Below, one piece after another: positions 28,445-37,025 of a stretch of 59,603 nt of DNA. The notes under the pieces were generated by a model. That model saw only the letters and a list, made by a program, of their open reading frames with translations. It did not search any database and was not told the DNA's origin. A program made the translations under genes and the position numbers. The number at the start of each line of letters is the position of its first letter. The stretch's first letter is position 1. The stretch comes from Patescibacteria group bacterium (GTDB lineage Bacteria; Patescibacteriota; Saccharimonadia; Saccharimonadales; CAYUUR01): positions 79,249-138,851 of the forward strand of contig JBPOIH010000007.1 of NCBI GenBank assembly GCA_052034685.1. The letters are read 5' to 3'.

Positions 28445-29812
28445 ATGATTTCTGATGACTTGGCCAGCCAAGCCCAAAAAGTGCTCGAGGACAACAATCG
28501 CTACGACCAGTACACTGTCCCAGCGATCGGCCTATACCCACATCAATGGCTATGGGACAGCTGCTTTATTGCTATTGGTCAACGTCATTATGATGTTGTA
28601 AGAGCTCAGCAGGAAATTCTGAGCTTACTGCGCGGCCAATGGGCAAATGGCATGATCCCCAATATGGTATTCACTAAGACAGATAAGCACCGTCGCGACA
28701 GCAACTTGTGGCGGAGTTGGCAAAGCCCGTTAGCGCCTGATGACGTTGCTACAAGCGGCATAACACAACCACCTGTGCTGGCCGAAGCAGTGGTCAAAAT
28801 TGGCGAAAAACTTAGCCTACCCGAACGGCGCATGTGGTACCAGACCGTCTACAAAGCGCTCGTTCATTATCATAGCTGGCTGTACACAGAACGGGACCCG
28901 CGACAGACAGGTATGGTATTACTGGTTCACCCGTGGGAGTCTGGGCTCGACAACACCCCGCCATGGATGTACGAGCTACATCAGCACAGCTTGCCTTGGT
29001 GGGTGGGAGCTGTAGGTACGTTGCATCTGGATAAAGTCGTTAACTTCTTCAGGCGAGACGTTCAATTCGTGCCTGCAGAACAGCGCCTTTCCACCATAGA
29101 TATCCTAGCGCTTTACAGCATCCTGCGCCGCCTGCGCCGCAAAACCTACGACACCGAGCGCATTCTATCGCATTCGTTATTAAGTATTGAAGATCTAACC
29201 TTCAATAGTATTCTGATACGCAACAATCAGCACCTCCAAAAGATTGCCAAGATCATCAAGCAGCCACTACCAGATGAACTCATGACAGCAATGAAAAAAG
29301 CGGGGGCTGCTCTGGAAGAGCTCTGGGATCCTTACCAAGGTCAATACTTTAGCCGCAACTACGCATCAAACAAACTCATCAAAATCCCAAGTATCGCCAC
29401 ACTCATGCCGCTGTATGCTGGTTCGATAACCAAGGAGCGCGCCGAGCAGCTGGTTCGTCTCATTATCGACAAAAAACAATACGGCGCACACTTTCCCGTA
29501 CCGTCTGCGCCACTGAACTCTGAATGGTACCGAGAGATGGGCTACTGGCAAGGTCCTACCTGGGTCAACACCAACTGGCTGATTATTGACGGGCTGGAGC
29601 GATACGGCTACCACGATCTCGCAGCGCAGATACGTGAGCAATCGCTCAACCTGGTTAAAGAAGCGGGGTTCTATGAATACTTCTCGGCAAAAACCGGGCA
29701 ACCTGCTGGCACAGATCATTTCTCATGGACGGCAGCACTAACGATTGATTTATTAGAGCAGCAAGCTAGCCACCAAAAAAGTACCAAAAACGCTTCAAAA
29801 TCAGACCAATAA
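28445..29812 (+). CDS. GH63-like (alpha/alpha)6 glycoside hydrolase, tandem paralog
   Basis: The same blocks as the upstream gene: LWDSCF, QWANGMI, TQPPV, HPWESGLDNTPPW. Confidence 0.7.
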   Translation: MISDDLASQAQKVLEDNNRYDQYTVPAIGLYPHQWLWDSCFIAIGQRHYDVVRAQQEILSLLRGQWANGMIPNMVFTKTDKHRRDSNLWRSWQSPLAPDDVATSGITQPPVLAEAVVKIGEKLSLPERRMWYQTVYKALVHYHSWLYTERDPRQTGMVLLVHPWESGLDNTPPWMYELHQHSLPWWVGAVGTLHLDKVVNFFRRDVQFVPAEQRLSTIDILALYSILRRLRRKTYDTERILSHSLLSIEDLTFNSILIRNNQHLQKIAKIIKQPLPDELMTAMKKAGAALEELWDPYQGQYFSRNYASNKLIKIPSIATLMPLYAGSITKERAEQLVRLIIDKKQYGAHFPVPSAPLNSEWYREMGYWQGPTWVNTNWLIIDGLERYGYHDLAAQIREQSLNLVKEAGFYEYFSAKTGQPAGTDHFSWTAALTIDLLEQQASHQKSTKNASKSDQ

Positions 29813-30365
29813 CCACCACGTACCAAACAACCAACATATCAAAGTGATGACGATCAAAGAACGCCGCGACAGGACGCAACGCCTTGGGCGGAACAATATT
29901 TTTGTTGCGCAAATTCCACAGCGTGGTGTACACAAACGCCGGCATAGTAATTGACCAGACAACCATACAGTACAAGCAGAGCGCGCCAATATCATACAGG
30001 CTCTCGTGTATGAGCCAGTGTACAAAGATAACCCCGCCAAGTGTTCCAAGGTTAAATAGCTTCCAGTACCATTTCTTAAACGTTGCACCAGCCAGCATAG
30101 CAACACCAGTACCAAGCACCAGCGTGAAAGAAATAAGGCCGATAAAGGCGTTGGGGAAACCAAAGGCTGATGCTTGCTCGGTCTTCATAATGCTCGTACA
30201 GCTAAAAATCGGATTAATATTGCATGACGCCTGATAGTCAGGGTTTTTTAGTAGCTCAATCTTCTCAAGACTTAGTACAAAGGCCGCAATCAAGCCAATG
30301 ACGCCAACAATTATTAGCAGCCACGGATAGATCTTTGCAAAGTTAATGTTTCGTTTACTCATCAA
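29766..30365 (-). CDS. Vitamin K epoxide reductase (VKOR) family membrane protein
   Basis: Loop cysteine pair SCNINPIFSC, FGFPNAFIG, and CLYC (CxxC) in a TM helix. Confidence 0.75.
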   Translation of the reverse strand: MMSKRNINFAKIYPWLLIIVGVIGLIAAFVLSLEKIELLKNPDYQASCNINPIFSCTSIMKTEQASAFGFPNAFIGLISFTLVLGTGVAMLAGATFKKWYWKLFNLGTLGGVIFVHWLIHESLYDIGALCLYCMVVWSITMPAFVYTTLWNLRNKNIVPPKALRPVAAFFDRHHFDMLVVWYVVVIGLILKRFWYFFGG

Positions 30366-31540
30366 AATTTAGCAACCTTTCCGCCCTTGCGCCATGTCTT
30401 AACGGCTTTTTTATATGGTTCAAAGTTCTGGAATATCCACAGATCGGCCTTCCGCCTGACCCGCCAACCAGCCTTGCCGCTTACTACTTTATCACCCGAT
30501 TGAAACACTGCCCAATTTGGACCAATCGTGACAACGTATATCGGCTTACGCGAGCGGTACAGTTTATGCGGTTGACCCTTAGTGAGGGCAATGAAGTTCC
30601 TTGCCACAAACTTGGCATCATGAATAGCAGTCTGAGCCATACCACTATATTTTGTCAGTGCATTGTCACCAATAACAAAAATATCTTTGTGTCCGATTGG
30701 TCGCAAAAAGCTATCAACCTTTACCTTGCCGTGCTCTAAGGTAAAGACTTCTGGGTGATTAGCATAGAAATCGACTACGCGACTTCCGGCTGTCCATACA
30801 ATCAGGTCTGCGTTTACGTCGCGCCCACTGACGCATACTTTTCCAGGTTCACAGGCATTGACGCGCGTATTTAGTCGCAAGGCAACACCTTGTTTGGTCA
30901 GATGCTTCTGAGCAATTGCAGACGCTTTCTCGTTTAACAGGGGCAGGACGCGGCCAGACCCTTCTATTAGTGTAAGTTCAAGTTTCTTGAGCGGCCGTTT
31001 GTCTTTTTTGGCCACCAGTTCGGCAAAGTATGGTAGCTCGGCAACCAGTTCTACGCCAGAAGCACCGCCGCCGATAACAGCAATCCGCACAGTTTCTTTC
31101 TTACTTCTGAGCAACGCAATCAGCTTGTGTCGTAGTACCATAGTGTTGCTTACAGTAGTCATGGCAACGGTGTTCTGCTCCATGCCTTCAATGCCAAAGT
31201 AGTTTGTGACATTACCCATGGCAAAGACGACTTTGTCATACGAATAAATACTGCCCGTCTCACTTTCAAGTCGTTTCATGCCCGGATCGATCTTGGTTAC
31301 AGAGTCGAGTACAACACTCACGTTTCGGGCCTTACGGAAGATCTCACGCAGTGGAATAACAACTTCCATAGGCGAACGACCTGTAGCAGTACGGTAGAGC
31401 GCGCCATGATATTCAAAGTTCATGCCTTGAGAAATCAGTGTCACCAGAACGTTGCGCTTATTGGCGAGTTCCAGAGCGGTCTTAACGCCACCAAAGCCAC
31501 CACCAACGACTACAACGTGTATTTGCTGTTTCTTGCTCAT
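30362..31540 (-). CDS. ndh: Type II NADH dehydrogenase (NDH-2) family flavoprotein
   Basis: Two dinucleotide folds, VVVGGGFGG and IAVIGGGASGVE. Its stop overlaps the VKOR start by 4 nt. Confidence 0.8.
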   Translation of the reverse strand: MSKKQQIHVVVVGGGFGGVKTALELANKRNVLVTLISQGMNFEYHGALYRTATGRSPMEVVIPLREIFRKARNVSVVLDSVTKIDPGMKRLESETGSIYSYDKVVFAMGNVTNYFGIEGMEQNTVAMTTVSNTMVLRHKLIALLRSKKETVRIAVIGGGASGVELVAELPYFAELVAKKDKRPLKKLELTLIEGSGRVLPLLNEKASAIAQKHLTKQGVALRLNTRVNACEPGKVCVSGRDVNADLIVWTAGSRVVDFYANHPEVFTLEHGKVKVDSFLRPIGHKDIFVIGDNALTKYSGMAQTAIHDAKFVARNFIALTKGQPHKLYRSRKPIYVVTIGPNWAVFQSGDKVVSGKAGWRVRRKADLWIFQNFEPYKKAVKTWRKGGKVAKF

Positions 31541-31561
31541 GCTTAATAACAGTATAGCAAA

Positions 31562-32650
31562 TTATTCGTCAGTTGTCGGACGATCAAGAATGAGCGGCTC
31601 AACCGAAGGCGCGGAGTCAGCAATCTTGACCACATCCTTATCGATCTTTTTGAGTTCTTTATGGGCGTTATTGTAGTGATTAACTGTAGTACCGAGGCTT
31701 CCTCCGAGCTTCTGCATGAGTAGCTCATAAGCACCAATATGTCTGCCAAGCTCGCCAACACGTTTTTGGATCTCTTTGGCCTGCTCTTCTATTTGCAAAC
31801 TTCTGAGTCCTTGTAGAACGGTCTGCAAGTAGGCCATAAAGCTTGTTGGGCTCACAATAATCACGTGCTTCTCGGCAAAGGCGTATTCGATGAGGTCGCG
31901 CGAGTTAGTCGCCGTGGTGCCAACTTTATTAATCAGCAGATCATAGTACAGCGATTCGCTCGGGATAAACATGAAAGCAAAGTCCATGGTGTTCTCATTC
32001 GGCCGAATGTACTTGGCGGTTTCATCAATGCGGTTTTTGAGGTCAATCTTAAAACGCTTAACTACTGCTTCCTTGGCGTCTTTATCTTTCTCTTCTATCA
32101 AACGGTTATAATTCTCTAGGCTAAACTTACTATCTACCGGTAGAATCTTATCTTTGTCCAGGAATAATGCCGCATCGACGATCTCGCCATCAGCGAACTT
32201 ATACTGCATCTGGAACCCACCTGGTGGCATGACGTTTTCGAGAACGCTCTGCAAATAGTACTCACCAACCACGCCACGTTGTTTCGGGTTTTGTAGTACG
32301 TTCTGAAGCATTTTGAGCTCGTCAGCGACGTCTACAACACGCTTGTTGGTCTCGTCTAGTTTAGTGAGCCGACCGGTCACATCTGCAATTATTTTGGCTG
32401 TCTGGTCAAACTGTTTCTGGATGCTGGTGTTGAGTTGAGATTGCGACTGCTGCAGTTTCTCATTAATGTTTTCGTGCAGTGAATCTTTGAGCTCACCGAC
32501 ACCTTTGTTTAGGTTATCGAGGTCTGTTTTAAGCAGCTGGGTTGCTTGATCATTCTTGAGTCCGCCGAGTTTTTGATTCAACACCAAGATAACAGCGGCA
32601 AAACCGCAAATCACTGCAACTAATAGTACTATTCCCGTTGTATCCATCAC
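31562..32650 (-). CDS. rmuC: DNA recombination protein RmuC
   Basis: N-terminal TM, long coiled coil, and a C-terminal block QRGVVGEYYL...FMFIPSESLYYDL typical of RmuC. Confidence 0.85.
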   Translation of the reverse strand: MMDTTGIVLLVAVICGFAAVILVLNQKLGGLKNDQATQLLKTDLDNLNKGVGELKDSLHENINEKLQQSQSQLNTSIQKQFDQTAKIIADVTGRLTKLDETNKRVVDVADELKMLQNVLQNPKQRGVVGEYYLQSVLENVMPPGGFQMQYKFADGEIVDAALFLDKDKILPVDSKFSLENYNRLIEEKDKDAKEAVVKRFKIDLKNRIDETAKYIRPNENTMDFAFMFIPSESLYYDLLINKVGTTATNSRDLIEYAFAEKHVIIVSPTSFMAYLQTVLQGLRSLQIEEQAKEIQKRVGELGRHIGAYELLMQKLGGSLGTTVNHYNNAHKELKKIDKDVVKIADSAPSVEPLILDRPTTDE

Positions 32651-32940
32651 GTAGTAGATCCTTGATACTCAAAATGTATCTTATTATATGTCGCGAAATG
32701 ATCTCGTAACATTCTTTTTATCGCTTGGTGTCCCTGGGTTGTCTTGAGGTACTTTTCACGGCGCGAAGCATCACTTTTGCTAACATACGCTTCGTAAAAA
32801 ATTAGAACCCAGGGTTTGTATGCCTTAGTGGATACATTTTGACCAGCATTATGTTCTTTGACTCGGCGCTTTAAATCAGCTGTCTTGCCGATATACAATC
32901 GCGATTGAATTTTTGATTGAAGTATATATACGTAGAACAT
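32647..32940 (-). CDS. GIY-YIG nuclease family protein
   Basis: FYVYILQS...LYIGKTADLKRRVKEHN is the GIY-YIG core. 4-nt overlap with rmuC. Confidence 0.85.
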   Translation of the reverse strand: MFYVYILQSKIQSRLYIGKTADLKRRVKEHNAGQNVSTKAYKPWVLIFYEAYVSKSDASRREKYLKTTQGHQAIKRMLRDHFATYNKIHFEYQGSTT

Positions 32941-32995
32941 AATGCTATCAAGGGCTCACTACATGATCCATTACATTGTTATTGTAACACTTATG

Positions 32996-33871
32996 CTATT
33001 CGTCTGCGTGTTCTGCGTCGTGTTCTGCATCACAATCTTGCGAGACAACTTCTGTCCCGTCTTTGTTATAGTACGTCACACAGTTTTCACTGCCTGCGTG
33101 AGCGTGATCTGCATCGATATATTTGTGCGCCACCTGTATGCTCAAAGCGACTACAATTACACCAAGAAGTAGCAGTATTGGTTGCCAATCCAGGAGACGT
33201 TTCTTGGGCGCACTTTCATGAATCCCAGGAATAATGTCGCTCATAGCGATGTAGAGCAAGAACCCAGCACTCAGACCAAGCAATAATCCCAGCGGCAGTC
33301 TTTCCCCAGAACCAAGCGCAAAAGTGACGAGTGCAGCAACAGTAGTGGCAAGAGCACTAAAGATATTGACCATCAGGACTCTTTTGCGCGATAAGCCTTT
33401 GTTAAGAAGTATGCCGAAGTCGCCAATCTCCTGTGGGATCTCGTGTGCTGCTACCGCGATTGTAGTCACAATACCTGTCGGTACACTCACCAAAAACGAA
33501 GCAGCGATAGCCACACCGTCGAGAGCATTGTGCAGTGTGTCGCCAATGATCACCAGGCTCGTTGATGGATCAGTCTTGCTGTCTTCATGAACGTGATGGT
33601 GGTGAAACCAATGCAAGAACCGCTCAGCAAAAAAGAAGATCACAATCCCAACCAGAGCCGCCATCAATACCGTGTATGGTTCGGTGATTTCTATGCCTTC
33701 CAGCAGTAAGTCAAGAAATACTGCAGAGAGCAAGGCCCCTGCCGCAAAAGGTGTCGCATACTTTGCCAGTGCATTAGCAGTCGACTTCTTCTGCAAAAGC
33801 AAAATACCACCAATCAGCGAAATCACTCCGCCGAGTAATGAAAATATCAGAACATCTAAATATGTTGCCAT
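32996..33871 (-). CDS. ZIP-family metal (zinc) transporter with His/Asp-rich C-terminal tail
   Basis: AAHEIPQEIGDFGILL is the ZIP signature. Start at MATYLDV (ATG 33869-33871), preceded by AAGGAG. Tail DADHAHAG...DAEHDAEHADE. Confidence 0.85.
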   Translation of the reverse strand: MATYLDVLIFSLLGGVISLIGGILLLQKKSTANALAKYATPFAAGALLSAVFLDLLLEGIEITEPYTVLMAALVGIVIFFFAERFLHWFHHHHVHEDSKTDPSTSLVIIGDTLHNALDGVAIAASFLVSVPTGIVTTIAVAAHEIPQEIGDFGILLNKGLSRKRVLMVNIFSALATTVAALVTFALGSGERLPLGLLLGLSAGFLLYIAMSDIIPGIHESAPKKRLLDWQPILLLLGVIVVALSIQVAHKYIDADHAHAGSENCVTYYNKDGTEVVSQDCDAEHDAEHADE

Positions 33872-33913
33872 TTGTTTTCTCCTTACCAACAGCATATGTG
33901 GTTGTGTTATGTT

Positions 33914-33941
33914 TTGCAACTTTGTCGCAATTTGCTATAGT
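33914..33941 (+). promoter_or_regulatory. Candidate Fur/Zur operator overlapping a TTGCAA-16-TATAGT promoter
   Basis: Inverted repeat TTGCAAC-TTT-GTCGCAA (33914-33930, 6 of 7 positions symmetric). TATAGT at 33936-33941 lies 7 nt before ATG 33949. The site sits between the divergent ZIP and Fur-family genes. Confidence 0.45.
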
Positions 33942-33948
33942 ATTGCCT

Positions 33949-34374
33949 ATGTCACCCCAAGAAGCAACCTTTCGGGACAAACTCCGGGCTAGCCAGCAAA
34001 GCGTCACCGCCACTAGACTGGCAGTTTTTCACGCCCTCTGCACACAAGAAACGGTAAGTATGCATCAGCTGGTGCGCTCTTTGAAACGTCAAGTTGACCG
34101 TGCGAGCGTCTACCGATCAGTGGCCCTTTTTGAACGGCTCGGTATCGTACAACGCATTCAGATTGGTTGGAAGTATCAATTGGAACTAAGTGACAACTAC
34201 AACCCGCATCATCATCATATTCATTGCTCGGAGTGCGGCAAACTGAGTGTCTTGCCAGAAGTAGCTCCATTAGAAGAAATGATCAAAACCATCGCGCACA
34301 AAGCCGGCTATAGCCTAACCAGTCACCAACTAGAGCTTACCGGCCGATGTCAGGAATGTTCGAACAAAAAATGA
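33949..34374 (+). CDS. Fur-family transcriptional regulator (Zur-like by context)
   Basis: Winged-helix region VYRSVALFERLGIV, metal sites HHHHIHCSECGK and the C-terminal CQEC. Start at ATG 33949. Confidence 0.8.
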   Translation: MSPQEATFRDKLRASQQSVTATRLAVFHALCTQETVSMHQLVRSLKRQVDRASVYRSVALFERLGIVQRIQIGWKYQLELSDNYNPHHHHIHCSECGKLSVLPEVAPLEEMIKTIAHKAGYSLTSHQLELTGRCQECSNKK

Positions 34375-34417
34375 GCCGGGCGGTGATGCCCAGCTCGCGT
34401 GGAAGTCTCTCACTTCC
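34373..34417. terminator. Two hairpins between convergent genes (possible bidirectional terminator)
   Basis: GAGCCGGGC-ggtgat-GCCCAGCTC (34373-34396, one mismatch) and GGAAGT-ctctc-ACTTCC (34401-34417). There is no strong U-tract. Confidence 0.3.
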
Positions 34418-34454
34418 TTATCTAGCATAAGCCTATTGAAAGTGCCGTGCAAGA

Positions 34455-35045
34455 CTATTTTTTAACGTCAGGGTATACTTTTTTTACGGCAAGTACCGCC
34501 AAGTAGCCGATGGCAAAACCACCTACCAAATCAAGTGGTGCGTGCACACCAAGCGCAATCCGCGATAAGCCAACCGCACAAATAATCAGAGCGATTATCC
34601 AACGGAATCGTCTGGGAGCATACGGCATCACCATCAGGCCCATCATAGTAACAAGCGCCATGTGCCCGGATGGAAACCCAGAGCCGTGCACCAGCACCTC
34701 AGAGCTACTAACAGCATCAAACAAATCAAAGGGTCGCGGCCGCCCAATCGCCAGCTTCAACACTGCAGTGGCAAATATACTCAACCCTCCGCCTATCAGC
34801 AGTTGCCACGATAATCTTCGAAACTTGGCTGCGAACGCCACCACAATACTGACCAACCACATTGCTACTGTACCAAGCTGTGTAATAAGCAGAAACACCT
34901 GGCTAAACGGACTCGTCAGGTCGTATATCATCGTGAATAAACTTCGTTCTAATGAACTCATCGCCGGGATAGAAAGCAAGGCCGACACAAGTAGTAAGCT
35001 AAGGGTAATCCTTGGCATATTGTTACTGATTCTTCGCTTCATCAC
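34455..35045 (-). CDS. PAP2-family lipid phosphate phosphatase
   Basis: KLAIGRPRP, FPSGH and SRIALGVHAPLD are PAP2 motifs C1-C3. The start is GTG 35045 or ATG 35042. Confidence 0.85.
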   Translation of the reverse strand: MMKRRISNNMPRITLSLLLVSALLSIPAMSSLERSLFTMIYDLTSPFSQVFLLITQLGTVAMWLVSIVVAFAAKFRRLSWQLLIGGGLSIFATAVLKLAIGRPRPFDLFDAVSSSEVLVHGSGFPSGHMALVTMMGLMVMPYAPRRFRWIIALIICAVGLSRIALGVHAPLDLVGGFAIGYLAVLAVKKVYPDVKK

Positions 35046-35138
35046 TCACAGTATACCTTATGCTTATAATCGGGGAATCCTATCAAAAATCATGCACGAG
35101 TCATGCTAGTATACACATAGGAAAGGAGTACTGGCGCC

Positions 35139-36029
35139 ATCAAATACTCGGCAGTTATCATCATATACAATCCAAACAGCACAAGCGGTCTTGCCGAGAC
35201 TAAAGCAGGTCGACTCAAAGCACGCCTGACAAAGCGCGGCATCGAGCATGTCAAACTTATCAAAACAGAGTATGCAGGCCACGCCGAGGAGATCGCCTAT
35301 CAACAAACCCGCAAGTACCCCCGGCCGCTCCTCGTCTCAGTCAGTGGTGACGGCGGCTACAACGAAGTCGTCAATGGTGCACTCCTAGCGCAAGAGCAAA
35401 CTGGCCACCAGCCGACCTGCTGTATTCTGGCTGCCGGCAACGCCAACGACCACCGCCGTAGTGTCAAGAAACAACCACTCAGCCGCGCCATCATCAAAGC
35501 AGAACCAGAGGCAGTTGATATCTTAAAGATGACCATCCAGTATGGTCACACACAGAGTATCCGTTACGCCCATTCCTACATCGGCTTCGGCTTCACCAGT
35601 CACGTTGCTGCAGAGCTTAACCAGGCCAGACTCACGCGCCTCAAGGAAATAGGTATCGTCTTGCGCGCATTCTTCAACTTCGAACCAACACTTATTGTTA
35701 TGCCAGAAGGTCGCATTCGCAAAGTCGACAGTCTGGTGTTTGCCAATATCCATCAGATGGCCAAAATGGTACGAATTGGCAAAAAAACCAACCTCCATAA
35801 CGGGCAGTTCAAGATGGTGTTCTTCCCTCATCAAACTCGTCTAAAATTTATAATCAACCTGCTCAGAACCACCATTTTTGGCGTCAGAAAGCCCGTCCAA
35901 CAACAAGCCTTCACCTGCGCCCTACCCAAAACAACATTGGTACACCTGGACGGAGAAGTACGGACCATCCCGGGTGGATCACAAGTTATCATTGAATCAG
36001 CCGCTGGCAGTTTGCAAACCATTCGATAG
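35139..36029 (+). CDS. Diacylglycerol-kinase-family lipid kinase (YegS/BmrU-like) with no canonical start codon
   Basis: The frame is open from 35121 (after TAG 35118-35120) to 36029. My translation reads IKYSAVIIIYNPNSTSG...VSVSGDGGYNEVVNG (DAGK GGDG motif)...LHLDGE-like C-terminus. There is no in-frame ATG, GTG or TTG before ATG 35529. AGGAG at 35124-35128 lies 10 nt before ATC 35139. The ORF track shows only the 166-aa C-terminal part. Confidence 0.6.
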   Translation: MKYSAVIIIYNPNSTSGLAETKAGRLKARLTKRGIEHVKLIKTEYAGHAEEIAYQQTRKYPRPLLVSVSGDGGYNEVVNGALLAQEQTGHQPTCCILAAGNANDHRRSVKKQPLSRAIIKAEPEAVDILKMTIQYGHTQSIRYAHSYIGFGFTSHVAAELNQARLTRLKEIGIVLRAFFNFEPTLIVMPEGRIRKVDSLVFANIHQMAKMVRIGKKTNLHNGQFKMVFFPHQTRLKFIINLLRTTIFGVRKPVQQQAFTCALPKTTLVHLDGEVRTIPGGSQVIIESAAGSLQTIR

Positions 36030-36078
36030 CCATTGACCGACCAGCCTTATCAACGTAGGCTGCTTATAGGAGAATATT

Positions 36079-36441
36079 ATGGAACAAAATTTACTGAACC
36101 TCGCCCTCGCCCTCGCTGCAAACGAACTACTGCATAACTTCCTTGAAGTAAAAAACATCAGAGAAAAAGTAGCAAGATTACAGACGTACATAGATAAGAA
36201 ACCGTACAAAGAATTACCAGTCAACATAGACACCCGTGCAAAGTCGTATGGCATTTCATTGATTAGCTTTGTTTTGATTGTTGCGGTGTTCTACGGGCTT
36301 TTCAGCTGGATATCCCTAGAGTTATCTACTGGGCTCAAGGTTATTGTCGGTCTACTCGTGGCTTCATATATTGTGACAGCTGTCACTGTTGACCAGTATC
36401 ATGTCGACATCGAAAAAGTCACCAAACGCTTCAAAAAATAA
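36079..36441 (+). CDS. Small membrane protein (hypothetical)
   Basis: 120 aa with two hydrophobic helices in the C-terminal half. Confidence 0.5.
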   Translation: MEQNLLNLALALAANELLHNFLEVKNIREKVARLQTYIDKKPYKELPVNIDTRAKSYGISLISFVLIVAVFYGLFSWISLELSTGLKVIVGLLVASYIVTAVTVDQYHVDIEKVTKRFKK

Positions 36442-36468
36442 TCACTGCGAAATCCTCGGTCAAAAAAG

Positions 36469-37005
36469 TTATGGCGAAAGTACTTGGCCAGACAGCATAG
36501 CAATGATCATGAGCGCCGCCATGACAGCCATGATCAAATCTTCGAGCAAAGTCACCGTAGAAAGCGGTAGCTTGATAATGCCACCTAAACATGCACAGTG
36601 GAAAGTTGGGCCACGCTGCGTGAGCCCCTTGGCAACACCGTAGGCGCCAACAAGCATGATAACCAGCGTGACCACATCTCGCAGTACCGGAGCTATATCT
36701 AGCACAAAGGCTACACCAAGGCTGAGTTCAATAAACGGGTACAAATACGTGTACAGCTTGTATCGTTTACCGATAATGTCGTAGCGAGGAAACATTTGCA
36801 CAAAGTGTTCGTAACCAATCAGCTTGAAGCTACCAAACACCAAGAAGAACCCAGCCATAAACCAACGCATCCAGTCGGTCCAGTGGAATTCAACGGTGGT
36901 ACTCATGACTGTTGCGGCCGCAGCTAATAGAATGAAGATGAAGGCTAATTTAGCATATTCCTTTTTGGTGCTTTCTGTCTCTGCGTGCCTGACGTGACGA
37001 CTCAT
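36469..37005 (-). CDS. MauE/DoxX-like redox-associated membrane protein
   Basis: Four TM helices, FGSFKLIGYEHF and a HCACLGG cysteine pair, reminiscent of the MauE family. Motif memory only. Confidence 0.45.
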   Translation of the reverse strand: MSRHVRHAETESTKKEYAKLAFIFILLAAAATVMSTTVEFHWTDWMRWFMAGFFLVFGSFKLIGYEHFVQMFPRYDIIGKRYKLYTYLYPFIELSLGVAFVLDIAPVLRDVVTLVIMLVGAYGVAKGLTQRGPTFHCACLGGIIKLPLSTVTLLEDLIMAVMAALMIIAMLSGQVLSP

Positions 37006-37025
37006 GCTTATATTGTAACACCGGC

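Noticed and set aside
34510-35109. 199-aa plus-strand ORF.
   Set aside because: It is fully antisense to the PAP2 phosphatase, which carries all three PAP2 motifs. There is no SD and no motif.
35523-35834. Minus-strand ORFs 35106..35306, 35523..35834, 35831..36022 and 35997..36254.
   Set aside because: They are antisense to the DAGK-family frame, which has clear family motifs along its whole length.
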